Counted from the first letter of the whole stretch, positions 31,251 through 44,680 are shown. The stretch: 62,974 bases of DNA, filler included, from Collodictyon triciliatum (GCA_043381765.1; 8 parts of 8 records of this genome joined end to end with filler, not necessarily neighbours in it); one strand, 5' to 3'. Notes: generated by a model from the letters alone, not told the origin. Numbers and translations: made by a program.

Positions 31251-31961
31251 GGTAACCGCCCTATTTTTCTCTGGGTATTTCTACATTAATGGTGTTATTT
31301 CAAACGTATAATCCTAATAATTTCCAGTTCTTTTCTTTTTTCTTTTCTTTTTTTTCTTTTCTTTTTTTTCTTTTCTTTTTTTTCTTTTCTTTTTTTCTTT
31401 TCTTTTTTTCTTTTCTTTTTTTCTTTTCTTTTTTTCTTNNNNNNNNNNNNNNNNNNNNNNNNNNNNNNNNNNNNNNNNNNNNTTAATTAATTAANNNNNN
31501 NNNNNNNNNNNNNNNNNNNNNNNNNNNNNNNNNNNNNNAAAAGTTTGTGAGTTGCCAAAAGACAAATTTTAAAAGGGTTGAAAAAGTTGTTATAAACATA
31601 AATTAAAAAAAAAAAAAAAAAAAAGGGAAAAGACCACACATTTTATATCTGGAATTTATATAAAAATCTATAAATTGGCCAGTTTAATGAGCAAAATGGG
31701 ATAAAATGAATAAAATATTCAAATATTGATTAATATAACTGTGTTGGCAGCATCATATTCAGGGGATTTTTATACGTGAACTAAAGTCATTGAATTAAGT
31801 CCAATAGCTTCACATTAAATCCTTTTTTTCTTTTTTTCTTTCTTTCCTTCCTTCCTTCAGGAAAAAAATATTTGTGAGCGCTATGAGCTTGCACGCCAGG
31901 GTTTCTTTAATAGTAACATGTTGCCCGTAGGAAAAGGTCTCATCGGGAAGAAGGGCCACAC

Positions 31962-32318
31962 ATGAAGTTTGTCGCACTTGTCAGCGGCGGAAAGGACAGC
32001 TGCTTTGCTGCCTGGAAGGCTGTTCAGGAAGGACACGAACTCATCGCTCTGGCAAATCTCCATCCGCCAAGTGAAGCACTATCAGGTCTCCTCATTTATA
32101 TACTGTTTTTGTGCTCTGTTCTGTTCTCTAAAATATTCAACCACAACTATGACCTCCATTTTCATTTTTCATTTTTCATTTTTCATTTTTCATTTTCTCT
32201 TTCTCTTTCTCTTTCTCTTTACATTTTTTCTCTTTTTTTTTTTTCTGTTTTGTTTGTTTCCTCGAGTTGATCATTTTCCACGTCAAGAGAACACAACAAC
32301 TTTTGAATCGAATAAAGG

Positions 32319-32370
<52 letters not shown>

Positions 32371-35300
32371 CACAACAACCACAATCAATTAAATCCATAC
32401 TTGCATAGCTAATCTTTTAAATGTTTCTCACCAAATAGATGAGATGGATAGTTTTATGTTCCAAACTGTCGGCTATCATGTTCTGGAGCGTTATGGAGAA
32501 TGCTTTGGCGTTCCTATGGTTTAAATTCTACTTGTAAACAATAACCTGGCGCCCAATAATTCTGTATCTTAATTACTCTTCACATTTCCTTCTTACCCAC
32601 TTTCCCCCTTCGTTTATGATATCGAACTTGCTACAAATCCTAAAAATGATAAAAATGTCAGAAGTCCAATTAATAAGTACTTGCGTTGTTTATTAAGATT
32701 CGCAGAGCAATTACTGGGAAATCCAGAGTTTTAGATATGGATTACCAACTTACAGAGATGGATGAAGTGGAGGACCTTTTTATGCTACTAAAGGAAGTGA
32801 AAGTAGGGGGTTCCTCACTATTTAAATTCCTCTTTTTATTTTATTTTATCATTTGATATACTCATGTGTCGATCCATTTTTCTCAAATGATACCATATTC
32901 TAAAAGCAGATACATAATTTGAACATCAGTCAATTTTTCTCTGTATCTTACATTTCATAATTCTTTTCAATACTACATTTTTTTCTGTATTCGCATTGTC
33001 ATATGATTTGAATTAGGAGAGATATCCAGAGTTGGAAGCTGTCTCATCAGGGGCTTTGTTTTCTGATTACCAAAGACTACGAGTAGAACACGTGTGAGTA
33101 TATCATCATCACTCATTTCGGCATATAATATAAGATGGATTGGTTATTTATAATACTTTTTTCAATTTTAATACTTTTCAATATCAAATAAGACACCATT
33201 ATGATACATAGCAAAAGATGTACAAACTACCCCTTGTGTTTGCATGATTAGCATATTTTTATCCAAAATCCAAAACCTCTTATTTCACGCAGACCAACAT
33301 GAATAGAAAAATAAAATAAAATAAAATAAAATAAAATAAAATAAAATAAAATAAAATAAAATAAAATAAAATAAAATAAAATAAAATAAAATAAAATAAA
33401 ATAAAATAAAATGGTTATTCAACCCAAGCTAATTTTCTCCATTATAGTTGCGCTCGCTTGAATTTATTTTCATTGGCCTACCTTTGGAGAATAGACCAAA
33501 AACATCTCTTAAATGAAATGATCGAAAACTCTATGAATGCTATATTAATCAAAGTTGCTGCCATAGGTATTTTCTTCAAATAATAATGAATGCAATATTA
33601 GTGGAATATGTCTGTCATAATTCACTGTATTTTATACTGCGATTATCCTTCATATATCTTCTTTGAATCGAATAAAGGAAAAAAAATCCTTCATATATCT
33701 TGCTCCATCGACTCTTATTGTTGCATAGGACTTGAACCATCTAAACATCTTGGAAAAAGTATTCAACAAATGCGTCCATACTTGATGAGCTTGGTAAATA
33801 AAAAAAAAGAAGAAAGAATGACGCTTTACATTTGTACTATATAAACACTTTTTTTCGTAACCTATTAATGCTCTCTTAAAACCGCCTTTCTTGGGGTCAT
33901 CCGAAAACGATAAATGAAACAGAAGCTAACGAGTAACTGTGTAGGAATCTAAATATGGTATCAATGTCTGCGGCGAAGGAGGTGAATACGAAAGCCTGAC
34001 TCTGGATTGCCCTATTTTCAAGAAAAAAATTGTGATGTAAAGCAATTAGCAAAATCAATTCTAATAATATACTTTTCATGTAAGAAGAAAATATGTCCAT
34101 ATTATATTTTTTAAAACAAGAATTACACGTCATTGTGAAAACACTAAATGAAAAAATGCAACCAAACCAGAGATGAAAGTAAAGTTGTCATTCATTCTGA
34201 TGATGCGTTCGCGAGTGTGGGTTATCTTACAATTTCGAAATTCCATCTGGAAGACAAGGAAATGCCATTGGAGGAATATCCCATGATCCAAAAGATCTCA
34301 CAGAGCTTTAAAGGGACTAATCCTATAGACGACAACGATGAAGAATGTGATGACGAAATCGCTAAAATACCACCAAGAGCTATGATTTCAGTACAGCCTT
34401 TGGTTGATAAAATAGAAGATTCTATTGCCACAGCTCTCATGAAGATTAAAAATGGGAGGTTCAAAAGGGGAAACTTGTTTGGTTCTGTCTCATCATTGAG
34501 CTTTTTCTCTGTCCCTTGCCCTACCATGCCGCGTTCTAGTCAAATCGCGTCAGAAACTCGTAAAGTTATGTGTTTACTAGTAGGTATGGCGATCATAGAA
34601 TTATTTTAATCTTACAGTTTCTCCAGAGTTGGTTCAGTAGGACCTATGTTGATCTAGTTTTTATTTTTTATTTTATTTCATTATTCCAAAGCAAACCAAA
34701 AATATACGCCCTTTTCACTCATATGATATACATAAACACAATAGAACTCTTATCAACGAATGGATGCTCGATTACTGATGTGTTCTATGTTAACCTGTAC
34801 CTGTCGAATATGAGTGATTTCTCTACAGTAAACGGAGAATACTGCAAATACTTTGCAGCAAGTCCACCATCACGGTAAATCAACTTGCACAGCTCGGTCT
34901 TCAACCCGTTAATAGAAAACATGCAGGGCTTAATTTTTATGTGCAATATTTTACATTCTTTTTAACGGAGCCATAAAATTACTCTTTTCTTCAGAACCTG
35001 TATCCAAACAAAATTACCAGAAGGGGTCAATGTCCAGCTCGACGCCATGTTTTACAAAGGACAGAAAAAGTGCCTGATTTATACTTAACAATTTCAATAT
35101 TTAATATGCAAATCTCAAAACGCACAAAGGAGGTTAACTTATGCGCAACCATATCGAAATATTAATTTTGAATCCTCTGGACCGAAAAGGAACGTACTTC
35201 ATGTACAAAGTATTTCGTCATGGGCTAATGCTTGTATCGGACCATACAGTCAAGCCAACAAAGTCAATAAAAAATAATATTCCCTCCCCCTCTACTCGAT

Positions 35301-36270
35301 TCACAAAATAGAGTCAATAAAATTATAAATTCAACGTGATTTATCGAGAATGGCTTTTAAATGTAATTGCATTAATTCTTTTCATATATTTACATATTTT
35401 AATTATTATTATTATTATTATTTTTTTACCATAGGTTGAGTTTTGCCTTTTTCTAGCCGGACAAATCGGACTTGTGCCCGAGAAAATGGTTCTTGAATAT
35501 TCTTCTGATATTCATGAAAAGTGCAGGCTTGAGGTTTCTATAATGATGGCACATTTCTCATAGTCTAATACTCTAATTATGAAATAGTAGGAAAGAGAAG
35601 TATGGAATAAGCAACTTTTTTTTTTTTATCAGGAGTGGATATTTTTATGCTAATTATGGTACGGCATTATGTGTCTTTAAATATATTTATTACTTCCATA
35701 GGCTGAAAGAACTTTGATGAACACAAGACAAATATTGGAGGCTATGCAGTCTTCATTGAATCATCTGATGAGTGGAGTTTTGTTTGTCAATAGTAAGGAA
35801 AGCTGGGAAAGTGCTTCAACGATATTTACCGAGAAGGTGTGTTATATTTATGAATCTATCTACCTAGCAGAAAGTCGCTATGTTTATATTCTATATGTAA
35901 TAGTGTCAATCACTGGGAATACTGATTGGCCTAGAAGTCGACTGTTTACCAAGGTTTACTAAAAAAAATTTTTTTTTTATTAATTCATTGGGTTTATCTT
36001 ATTAATATCTTAATAGGATTTCTTTCAATTGTGATGCATCAAAAATGTTTCCCAGTTGGATTGCACGGAAAAATTTTGTTATATAAACTGTTGTTCTTGT
36101 CGGTATCATAGAAACGCTTCGCTGGAGTACCAAGTAATTGCAGGATTAATACAAGATTCGAGTGGGTTTGAATATGAAGACGAGGATATTTTCCACTCCA
36201 AAGTTACCAGGCAACCATCTCAAGTTATAAACCGTAAGCTATTTATACAGAATTGGTGTAAATATTTATG

Positions 36271-36314
<44 letters not shown>

Positions 36315-36913
36315 CTTTTGCTGGATTCAAAGATAATGTACGTGAATGCTAAATCTGAATACGTGTTCAACGCAATCCGATGTGTGTTATGTGGTTGTTA
36401 ACACATACAATAGTTTCCCAACATTCGTATATATTTTTGCAAAGAGCATTTTCACCGTCCATTGAAACGCTGCAAGTAACATACGGTTCGTGCACTTCAC
36501 ATGAGTTCCTCCATTGTTTTGTATTTAACAAGTGCTAGAATATGCCACAATAGGGTGCTTAAAACGAAATACTTTATCAAATGTAAACAGCCACGAAAAA
36601 TGCGGGATCAGATAATCTGCCATTCGCAATCGAGGAGTTTGTACGAACGCACATGAGTTTAGTTCATTCGCCAAGGGCAAAGCACTTTGCTGTCACAGTT
36701 TTCGTGAACCTCTCCGCTCTCACCCCAGAAAACTCATTCGTAGAAAAACTAGCAGACACCATCGAAAGAAACGCCACTGAATGCCCTTGCTCGATGGTAT
36801 TCTGCAATAACATCTTCATCTGCACAGAAGCCGAGCTCATGGAGGAAACCACAGGCTCTCGCATGCACGCCCTTTTTTCTGTGCGATACCTTTCGGAGGT
36901 CATTGACAATTAA
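31962..36913 (+). CDS. DPH6: Diphthine--ammonia ligase with C-terminal RidA/YjgF-like domains
   Basis: MKFVALVSGGKDS, DEMDSFMFQTVG, DEVEDL, AVSSGALFSDYQRLRVEHVC, NVCGEGGEYESLTLDCPIF, VNGEYCKYF..PPSRTC, LHVQSISSWANACIGPYSQA, LAGQIGL; all exons join with GT-AG. Confidence 0.95.
32285..32379 (+). mobile_element. Micro-retroposon copy with long poly(A) (32319-32365) and perfect 16-bp TSD
   Basis: AAGAGAACACAACAAC [TTTTGAATCGAATAAAGG + poly(A)] AAGAGAACACAACAAC; DPH6 intron 1. Confidence 0.9.
33307..33412. repeat. (AAAAT)n intronic microsatellite
   Basis: Perfect pentamer run. Confidence 0.95.
33645..33701 (+). mobile_element. Micro-retroposon copy (33661-33685) with perfect 16-bp TSD
   Basis: ATCCTTCATATATCTT [CTTTGAATCGAATAAAGG + A7] ATCCTTCATATATCTT; DPH6 intron. 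Confidence 0.92.
35262..35322 (-). mobile_element. Possible degraded micro-retroposon copy at a DPH6 splice donor
   Basis: CTCTACTCGATTCAC (diverged reverse core, 35290-35304) between two AGTCAATAAAA repeats (35262-35272, 35312-35322). Confidence 0.4.
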
Positions 36914-37270
36914 TGAATAGGCGAATAATTATATATATATAAAAGAGAGAAAGAGAAGGCGTAAAAACATAGAAATAGTAACTGCGCTTCCCACATTGAT
37001 GACCTCGTATGAACTCTATAATTAAATTTCATAAAGAATGGCGGTGGCTCTTTGTCTTCATACCGGATGCCAAAGGAACGAGATATTTGTCAGACGAGAT
37101 ACTGAATTTTATTTATCGCTCTCTCTCTTGCCTTTTTTTTTTTTACTTTTCCATTTTTTTTTTAAAGATGAGATGTTGCGACTCGAGAAGATTAACATCG
37201 CGTCGATAATCACACAACCTGCATTTGCGATTGGTTCTGTTCTTTTTTTGTTCTCTTCGTGTGTGTGTGA

Positions 37271-38256
37271 CTAACAAAAAGACTTGGATTTTGGTGGTGT
37301 TTGCTGTGGGGATTTGCCACCAGCCTCATCGGCAAGGGAGAGCCCGGGCTTCTTCGCCTGAGCAGATTCCGGGGGCAGTTTACGCGCTATATATATCCAT
37401 GCAACAAGTTTAGTTGCTAATGTATATTGGCATGGTATTAATTTTTTTTTTTTTTTATGCTTCGAGAATGGCAGTTACCAATTTCATCAAAGAGCGCATT
37501 GACGTTCAATCCCGTCTTTGCACTAGTTTCAAAAAAAATGCCTTTGACTGAATCGGCGTAGCTTTTTCCTGGCGAAAGAAAATGTATTTAGAACAAAAGA
37601 TGAAACTGAATTTCGAAATTTAAATGATTTCTTTTTTTTTTTAAAAAAAAAAAAAGAAAAAGAAAAGAGGAAGGTCTCAAGTAATACGAAAATATACGAA
37701 TAATTGAGAGTTGAAAGTTTATGTGTCATATATACGTCACCACAAGGTAATCCATATAATCCGAAAAAAATGTGTATTGAATAAATGGATGTAAAAGATG
37801 ATATATATATTTTCTTATTTGGTTACAACCTGTGCTCTCGGAAATTTCTCTCTTCTGCGCATCATCCGCCTAGTTCAAAGCGAAGGAAAATTGTGAGAAT
37901 ACGAAAGTGTGAGCTCTGGAGTGAAAAGAAGCTCAGTACTGGTACCTTATTGCCAACCACAGCGATGACAATATCAGAGGGACCAAGCGATCTCAGCTCC
38001 GAGACCCATTTCTGCAAAGCATCGAATGATTTCTATAGTAATAGAGAGCAGCAGAAATTAATAAGGATCATAACTATTCTTTACGATAAGATGCAAACAA
38101 ACATACTAAAAAAAAATAAAGGGAAAGGCAAATACAAGTAACAAACAAAGAAAAGAGGCTAATAATTTGTCACGATGTGACCTTTTTTGTGATGTCATAA
38201 ACAACCACGGCGGCAGCAGAGTTGCGATAATACATGGGTGCTAGGCCACGATATCG
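37271..38256 (-). CDS. Rab5-group GTPase most like Rab22; 5' exons lost in a gap
   Basis: RYRGLAPMYYRNSAAAVVVYDIT / WVSELRSLGPSDIVIAVVGNK-AD / FFETSAKTGLNVNALFDEI / ..KSFC*; four downstream introns GT-AG. Confidence 0.9.
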
Positions 38257-39253
38257 TGTGAGACGGCCCGAGAAGTAAAGCAGAAGATAGGACCACAGAT
38301 TTTGTAGGACAGCAAAATGTATCAGGATTTTTGAGGCAATGCACCAAAAGAGCAGGTCATTATATTCCAACAAATAATTTCGTACATACGACTACGTGAC
38401 CCAAGAATATGATTGACATTTGTGTATAATAAATATATATACATATATTGCGGCGGTCACATGTAAAACGATAAACTTGAAACTCTATGAAGTAATTCAA
38501 GAGAAAAGAAAAGGAAAAAGAGAAAGAAAAAGAGAAAGAAAAAGANNNNNNNNNNNNNNNNNNNNNNNNNNNNNNNNNNNNNNNNNNNNNNNNNNNNNNN
38601 NNNNNNNNNNNNNNNNNNNNNNNNNNNNNNNNNNNNNNNNNNNNNNNNNNNNNNNNNNNNNNNNNNNNNNNNNNNNNNNNNNNNNNNNNNNNNNNNNNNN
38701 NNNNNNNNNNNNNNNNNNNNNNNNNNNNNNNNNNNNNNNNNNNNNNNNNNNNNNNNNNNNNNNNNNNNNNNNNNNNNNNNNNNNNNNNNNNNNNNNNNNN
38801 NNNNNNNNNNNNNNNNNNNNNNNNNNNNNNNNNNNNNNNNNNNNNNNNNNNNNNNNNNNNNNNNNNNNNNNNNNNNNNNNNNNNNNNNNNNNNNNNNNNN
38901 NNNNNNNNNNNNNNNNNNNNNNNNNNNNNNNNNNNNNNNNNNNNNNNNNNNNNNNNNNNNNNNNNNNNNNNNNNNNNNNNNNNNNNNNNNNNNNNNNNNN
39001 NNNNNNNNNNNTAATCTTTGCAGTGGGCGGCAGAGCCAAGGCGAAGGCAGACACGGCACATAACCTGTAGCGGGATAAAGTGGCCCGGAGTGTTTGGGAA
39101 AACAAAAGAAAATGATTGGAAAGAGTAGGCTTTGCTGCGCGGTTAGAAAAGAAACAGAGATGACAAATACAGAAAAGAAAACAAAGCAAAGAAAAAAACA
39201 ACAACAAAATGAGAGTCAACCAGGGGAATAGGAGGTAGCAAAACAATCTCTAA

Positions 39254-39320
<67 letters not shown>

Positions 39321-41245
39321 NNNNNNNNNNNNNNNNNNNNNNNNNNNNNNNNNNNNNNNNNNNNTTAATTAATTAANNNNNNNNNNNNNNNNNNNNNNNN
39401 NNNNNNNNNNNNNNNNNNNNAAAGAAAAATGAAAAATGAAAAATGAAAAATGAAAAATGAAAAATGAAAAATGAAAAATGAAAAATGAAAAATGAAAAAT
39501 GAAAAATGAAAAATGAAAAATGAAAAATGAAAAATGAAAAGAAAAATGAAAAAAGGACAAAATTTAAAATGAAAAATGAAAAATGAAAAATGAAAAAAGA
39601 AAAAAGGACAAAATGTAAAACATACGCATTTATTTTCAAACAATCGAAGAGCAACCATGTATGATATTTTGTCGATATCAAACGGTTTCAACTTCAGGTA
39701 CGTCTTGATTGATTCTAGCAAGCGCACTGAATGAAACCCAACTTCAATCAAAAACGATGAAATCAAAGCTGTGTCCTCCTTCATCAATGCAGAAACCTTT
39801 GAAACTATTTGCGGAACTTTGACAAGAAATGGACCGAACTGAATCGAGAGTTTCCTATCGACGTTTTTAAAACAATTACTGACTATCAAGCTGTCGATAA
39901 ACCACTTTATATTACTATAATTAATGTTTTTTTTCATTCTATGAAGTGCGCAATATTAAATTTTATTCCAGTGAAATATAGTAACAGGCAAAAAAAAAAA
40001 AACTGAATTTGATAATAAAGAAATTATGGTTGTTCTCATAATCCGATAGATATATCAACAAAAATCAAGCTTACTCGGCTTGTTGTCTTGTTGATTTTGT
40101 ATTCTGGAGAGAATCTGAAAGAGGTTGTATAAAAGAGCGATACACCCGAATCAAATCAGGTGTCCATTTAGAGGGATTCTGTAGATTGGAGTGAATAGCT
40201 GCAGAGTCCATGTATGAAAATAAATTCCGTTCGATTATTATCTGATGTTACAGAGTACCGGTGACTTCAAGCTAGTACGAGGATTTAAATGATTCAGTAT
40301 TAGAAAAATAGAATCCCTTAGCTCTATCTAAAGCGTGAATTCCTTTCGGTGGACTAAAAAGAGCACGATTCGATTACATCATCGATGGGATATCAACTCT
40401 AATGCGAGTAAATTTGTAAAATAATCAAATAAAATAAAAGGAAATTACAGAATATTAATGAGTATGAATGTGCCTCAATTTTGTGTGTGGCGATGTTGAT
40501 ATTTTCAGTCTTTTTTTCGTTTATACGTGTTAAAAAAAAAAGCTTAGTCGGAATGAACAAGTCGACCTCTGAGAGAAATTATGTCTTTTTTTTTCTTTTG
40601 TCAGCTTCTAGGTTTTAACAGAACGAGGGGATAAGCTTTAGGCGTGGGGATTCATAAGCCACAACGAGCAGGTGCCTCGGTTCTTATGAACAAATATTTG
40701 AACTTCCTGCCTGATGAAATAAGGCATTTTCATTTTGTCATGGGCACGCATTTTGAAGCAGTCTCACTTCATAACAAGAGCAATAATCCAGAATGAACAC
40801 GGCTCTTTTCAAGACTGCAGTGAACGAAGAGTAATAAACACATAGATAATAATAATAATGAAAATAAAAATAACCCAACAAAAACAGGTAGGCTGCAGTG
40901 CAAGCGCTTAAGGCAAGCGAAGGAAGACCAAACGCGAAACACTTCGACCGCAGAGCAGCAAAGAACGCGTTGGCTTTGCAATTCAAATGATTGAAATTTC
41001 AAAATTCTCAAATGTGGAATGAATGAAAAGGGTGGGATGCGGTAGTAGTTTTGTGAGTGTTTTGAAAGCACACAAGTTTGCATCTTTCGCTCTCATCGAC
41101 CATATCGCAGTGCGGCTGGTGTGGGATAACTAGACCTGAGCGACACGACAAAATAAATGTTTGTAGTTTGAAAGTTTATTCCCACTTCAAATTTTCTTGA
41201 CTTATTTACTTTTAGTTAAACGGTTAATTTTTTTTTTTTTCATTT

Positions 41246-42858
41246 TCAGGCGGCTGGTTTGGGTTTCTCGTCGGTGCGAATTATGATTTCGACAACTGGG
41301 TGATTTGCTTGTGCGTCGAGGTGCTTCTCACGGGCATCCCGATTACCTGAGCGACGCTCAGTACGGACGGGGCCGGATTTCGGTTTTGCACTGCCGGAGG
41401 CTGCCTTTGATAAGTTCGAGCTAGCGTCCTCTGGGGAGTTTGTTGTAGGTGCGCCTGACGCATGTTCACCTTGCTTCTTATCCTTTTGAGAGGACGACCT
41501 GAGTCTAGTCGCGTTCATATCTGGGCTAGCTGAGTCCGACCCAGAGTCAAGATAAGGCTTCGCGTGGCTGAAGGATGAGCGGTCTCGGATGGCTGTTTCG
41601 TTGGTCTTGTATTCGATGGTTGGACTTCCAGGCCCAAGGGAAAGGATTTGTTGGAGGCGATGTGTGACGCTCTCCTGCACAACCTTATTCGCTGAGTCTT
41701 TGGTCCACACATAGAGAGTGTCGTGCCTGAGTCGGATAGCAACACCTACACCTACAACTTCAGGTTCCATAAAGGCCTCTCCTATGGCTCCAAATAGCTA
41801 TGATGGCATATTGCCCCAAATTAAAAATAATTCAATACATCGTAATTGTGAATGTAAGTCAGTATCGTAAATATTCCATTTTTTCATGGGCCTTAAAGTA
41901 ATATCAATAAATAAAATAATAGGTTATTGAATGAATAGACTTGATCGTCATTCAATTCATCGTACCAGCTCTTCCCACAGAGCGTTCAGCTTGGGGTCTC
42001 GCTTTTTTAGTCTTACAAGGTAGCTCAAACCTTGTGGGAAACTCTGCAATGATTACAATTTAGAAAGAGAAAGAGAAAAGACGAATATTCTGATTTGGAA
42101 ATGCGTCCTATATTTTTTAGATTCAATCGTTTTTTTTTTCGGTGTGTTTGTTTGTTTCTTTGTTTGTTTCTTTGTTTGTTTCTTTGTTGTGAAATAATAA
42201 ATATATGGTGGATATTGGACGTAGAATTCATTTAGATGTATAACTGACCTCCCAGGTGGGTCGTGCTTGATCTCGAAACATGGAAATATTGGTATCCTTT
42301 GGCAGCTCTGAGGGTCTCTTCAGGAAGGAATAGTGGCTTGTATGTGACAGAGACAAGATAAAAATAATGATAATATTTCAGCACTTTTATTGAGAAGAAT
42401 AATAAGATAAGATATATTTTATGCGTACTTGTAAAACCCTTCCACTGAATTGAATGTTCCCCACATGTGAAGAGCCTCTTCGAAATTATTTTCATCCATC
42501 TCTTTGGTCTTTTTCGAGTACCAAAACGACCAGGCTGACTGGAGTGGATGTCCAACTGCAGTAGATGGAACGGCTGTATTCAGCTGGGAAGTATGCTACA
42601 TAGCGTATATCACAAGAAGTGTCAGAATCATTGATATTTTATAAATGGACGTTCGGGATTCAGCAACATGCAAGGAATGAAAAAGAGATCTACAAGAAAG
42701 CGAAGGAGGTTTCAAAGGTTAACTAGATCATGATTCTCCCTTGGGGTAGAAAATTGCTGAGGAATTATTGAGGCCCTTTCGAGAGTGGAACTGAATTATT
42801 CATATGCCTGTTTCTGGTCCGAAGTTACCTCGGCGTTGGCGGGCTGGTTCTCTGCCAT
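41246..42858 (-). CDS. eIF4E-family cap-binding protein, divergent, with disordered C-terminal tail; 5 exons
   Basis: HPLQSAWSFWY, GTFNSVEGFY, MFRDQARPTWE, LWEELLFGAIGEAF, VVGVGVAIR..LYVW. Confidence 0.92.
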
Positions 42859-43591
42859 TTCTGCTCCTCGGTTAAGTCTTTGGATCTGCCTTCAGATTCG
42901 CATATTGCAAGAGAGTATCGATTTCAACAAGAGTTTAGTTGGAGACATAGGAGAAATGAACGTACAGCTCTTCCAACAAAGACAGAGAAACTACTCCACA
43001 GGAGTCACTTACAACTCTTTCCTTTGAATATCGGGTTGTTGAGTTGTAATTGGGAGGATATTTCAAAGACGCTGAGGGCAGAGACCGCAGCAAGACAGCA
43101 AGACAGCATGACGTCGAACAAGAAAGAGAAGGATGAGGAGTCAATTTTGGTGTCATAGTCGGGAAGAAGAAAAATAAAACTTCAACAAGGTGCTCCAGTT
43201 GCACAACAGCCTTAACGTGGAGAGCCTGGTGAGGAGATATTCATGAGCCTCTTTGTGACAGCGACGTGCTAAGTTGCGAGTGTGTATGTGCCGCTTCTTG
43301 CTGTCGAATACATTTCTGATTGCTTTCATCACAATCGAACAGAGAGATATCAACGCTAACATCGCTACGCGGCACTCAAGCACCGCTAGGATTTCCAACC
43401 GGCTGCCAGCACAAATGATACGGTATGTAAATATCTAGTATTGGAAAATATACTATACTAGACAATTAATGGTCAAATACGAGTTTAGTTCATTTACTGT
43501 TCAAATCAATGTGTAATGTTAGCATGATAGATACAATGTCCAAAAGGTAGGGTTTAGTTGCGTGTTGGGAAAGTGAATTCGGGGAAGGAGT

Positions 43592-43700
43592 GTTCTGGAA
43601 CGTTCGGAAATGTTCGACCACCAGATACGTCTCGAATGTACCGTATTAAGTGAGAAGAACTTTCTAGCTCCTTCCAGACCTCGCGGCTTGACGCTATAAA
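43592..43700 (+). promoter_or_regulatory. HSP70 promoter: heat-shock elements and TATA box
   Basis: GTTCTGGAACGTTC (alternating nTTCn/nGAAn, 43592-43616); GAACTTTC..TTCCAGA (43657-43678); TATAAA 43695-43700. Confidence 0.8.
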
Positions 43701-43992
43701 TTCGGTAGGCCACCACACCACGGGCATTCGTGCTTCTTCAACTCAAGCAGCAATAACACTCGCAAGAAGATTAAACCACAAGCAGCCAGAAGAACTCGCC
43801 TGGGAAAAATCCCCGAAGAAAAAAAAACCCAAAACCCGAGAGGTACCAACGAACCGGGTGGAAAGCCTGAACACTAGACCACACACCCTACTTGTAGCCA
43901 ATACTAAACCTGCCCCACTCTTTCTTTCTCCCCTTCAACTTTCCCCCACCCAGAAACCGCAAGCCCCAACCAAACACCCCTCCAAACACAAG

Positions 43993-44648
43993 ATGTCCAA
44001 ATCTGACGGCCCCGCAATCGGTATCGATCTTGGAACCACCTACTCCTGCGTCGGAGTCTGGCAACACGACCGCGTTGAGATCATCGCCAACGACCAAGGA
44101 AACCGCACCACCCCTTCCTATGTCGCCTTCACCGACTCTGAGCGCCTCATCGGTGACGCCGCCAAGAACCAAGTTGCAGCCAACCCCTTCAACACCGTCT
44201 TCGACGCCAAGCGCCTCATCGGCCGCAAGTGAGTCATCCACAGCCCAATCTTCCCGAACGCTGCACCTCCTCCTGCTTAGCATCACGACCTTCAACCTGA
44301 CGGCCCCCAGCCAAAAGCCAATAGCTGCCGCCCGTTGAACCACGTCACTCAACCTAGATCCCTCCCTTCAGGTTCAACGATCCCGTTGTGCAGGACGACA
44401 TGAAGCACTGGCCCTTCAAGGTCATTGCCAAGGACGGAGACCGCCCAGCCATCCAGGTTGACTTCAAGGGAGAGACCAAGACCTTCTACCCCGAGGAGAT
44501 CTCGTCGATGGTGCTGATCAAGATGAAGGAGACCGCCGAAGCCTTCCTCGGCCGCACTGTCAAGAACGCCGTCGTCACCGTGCCCGCCTACTTCAACGAC
44601 TCCCAGCGCCAGGCCACCAAGGACGCCGGAACGATCTCTGGCCTCAAC

Positions 44649-44680
<32 letters not shown>

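Noticed and set aside
39640-40400. Minus-strand coding fragments at the start of scaffold 6
   Set aside because: One open stretch (about 39660-39905), but the upstream part has stops in every frame and no recognisable motif
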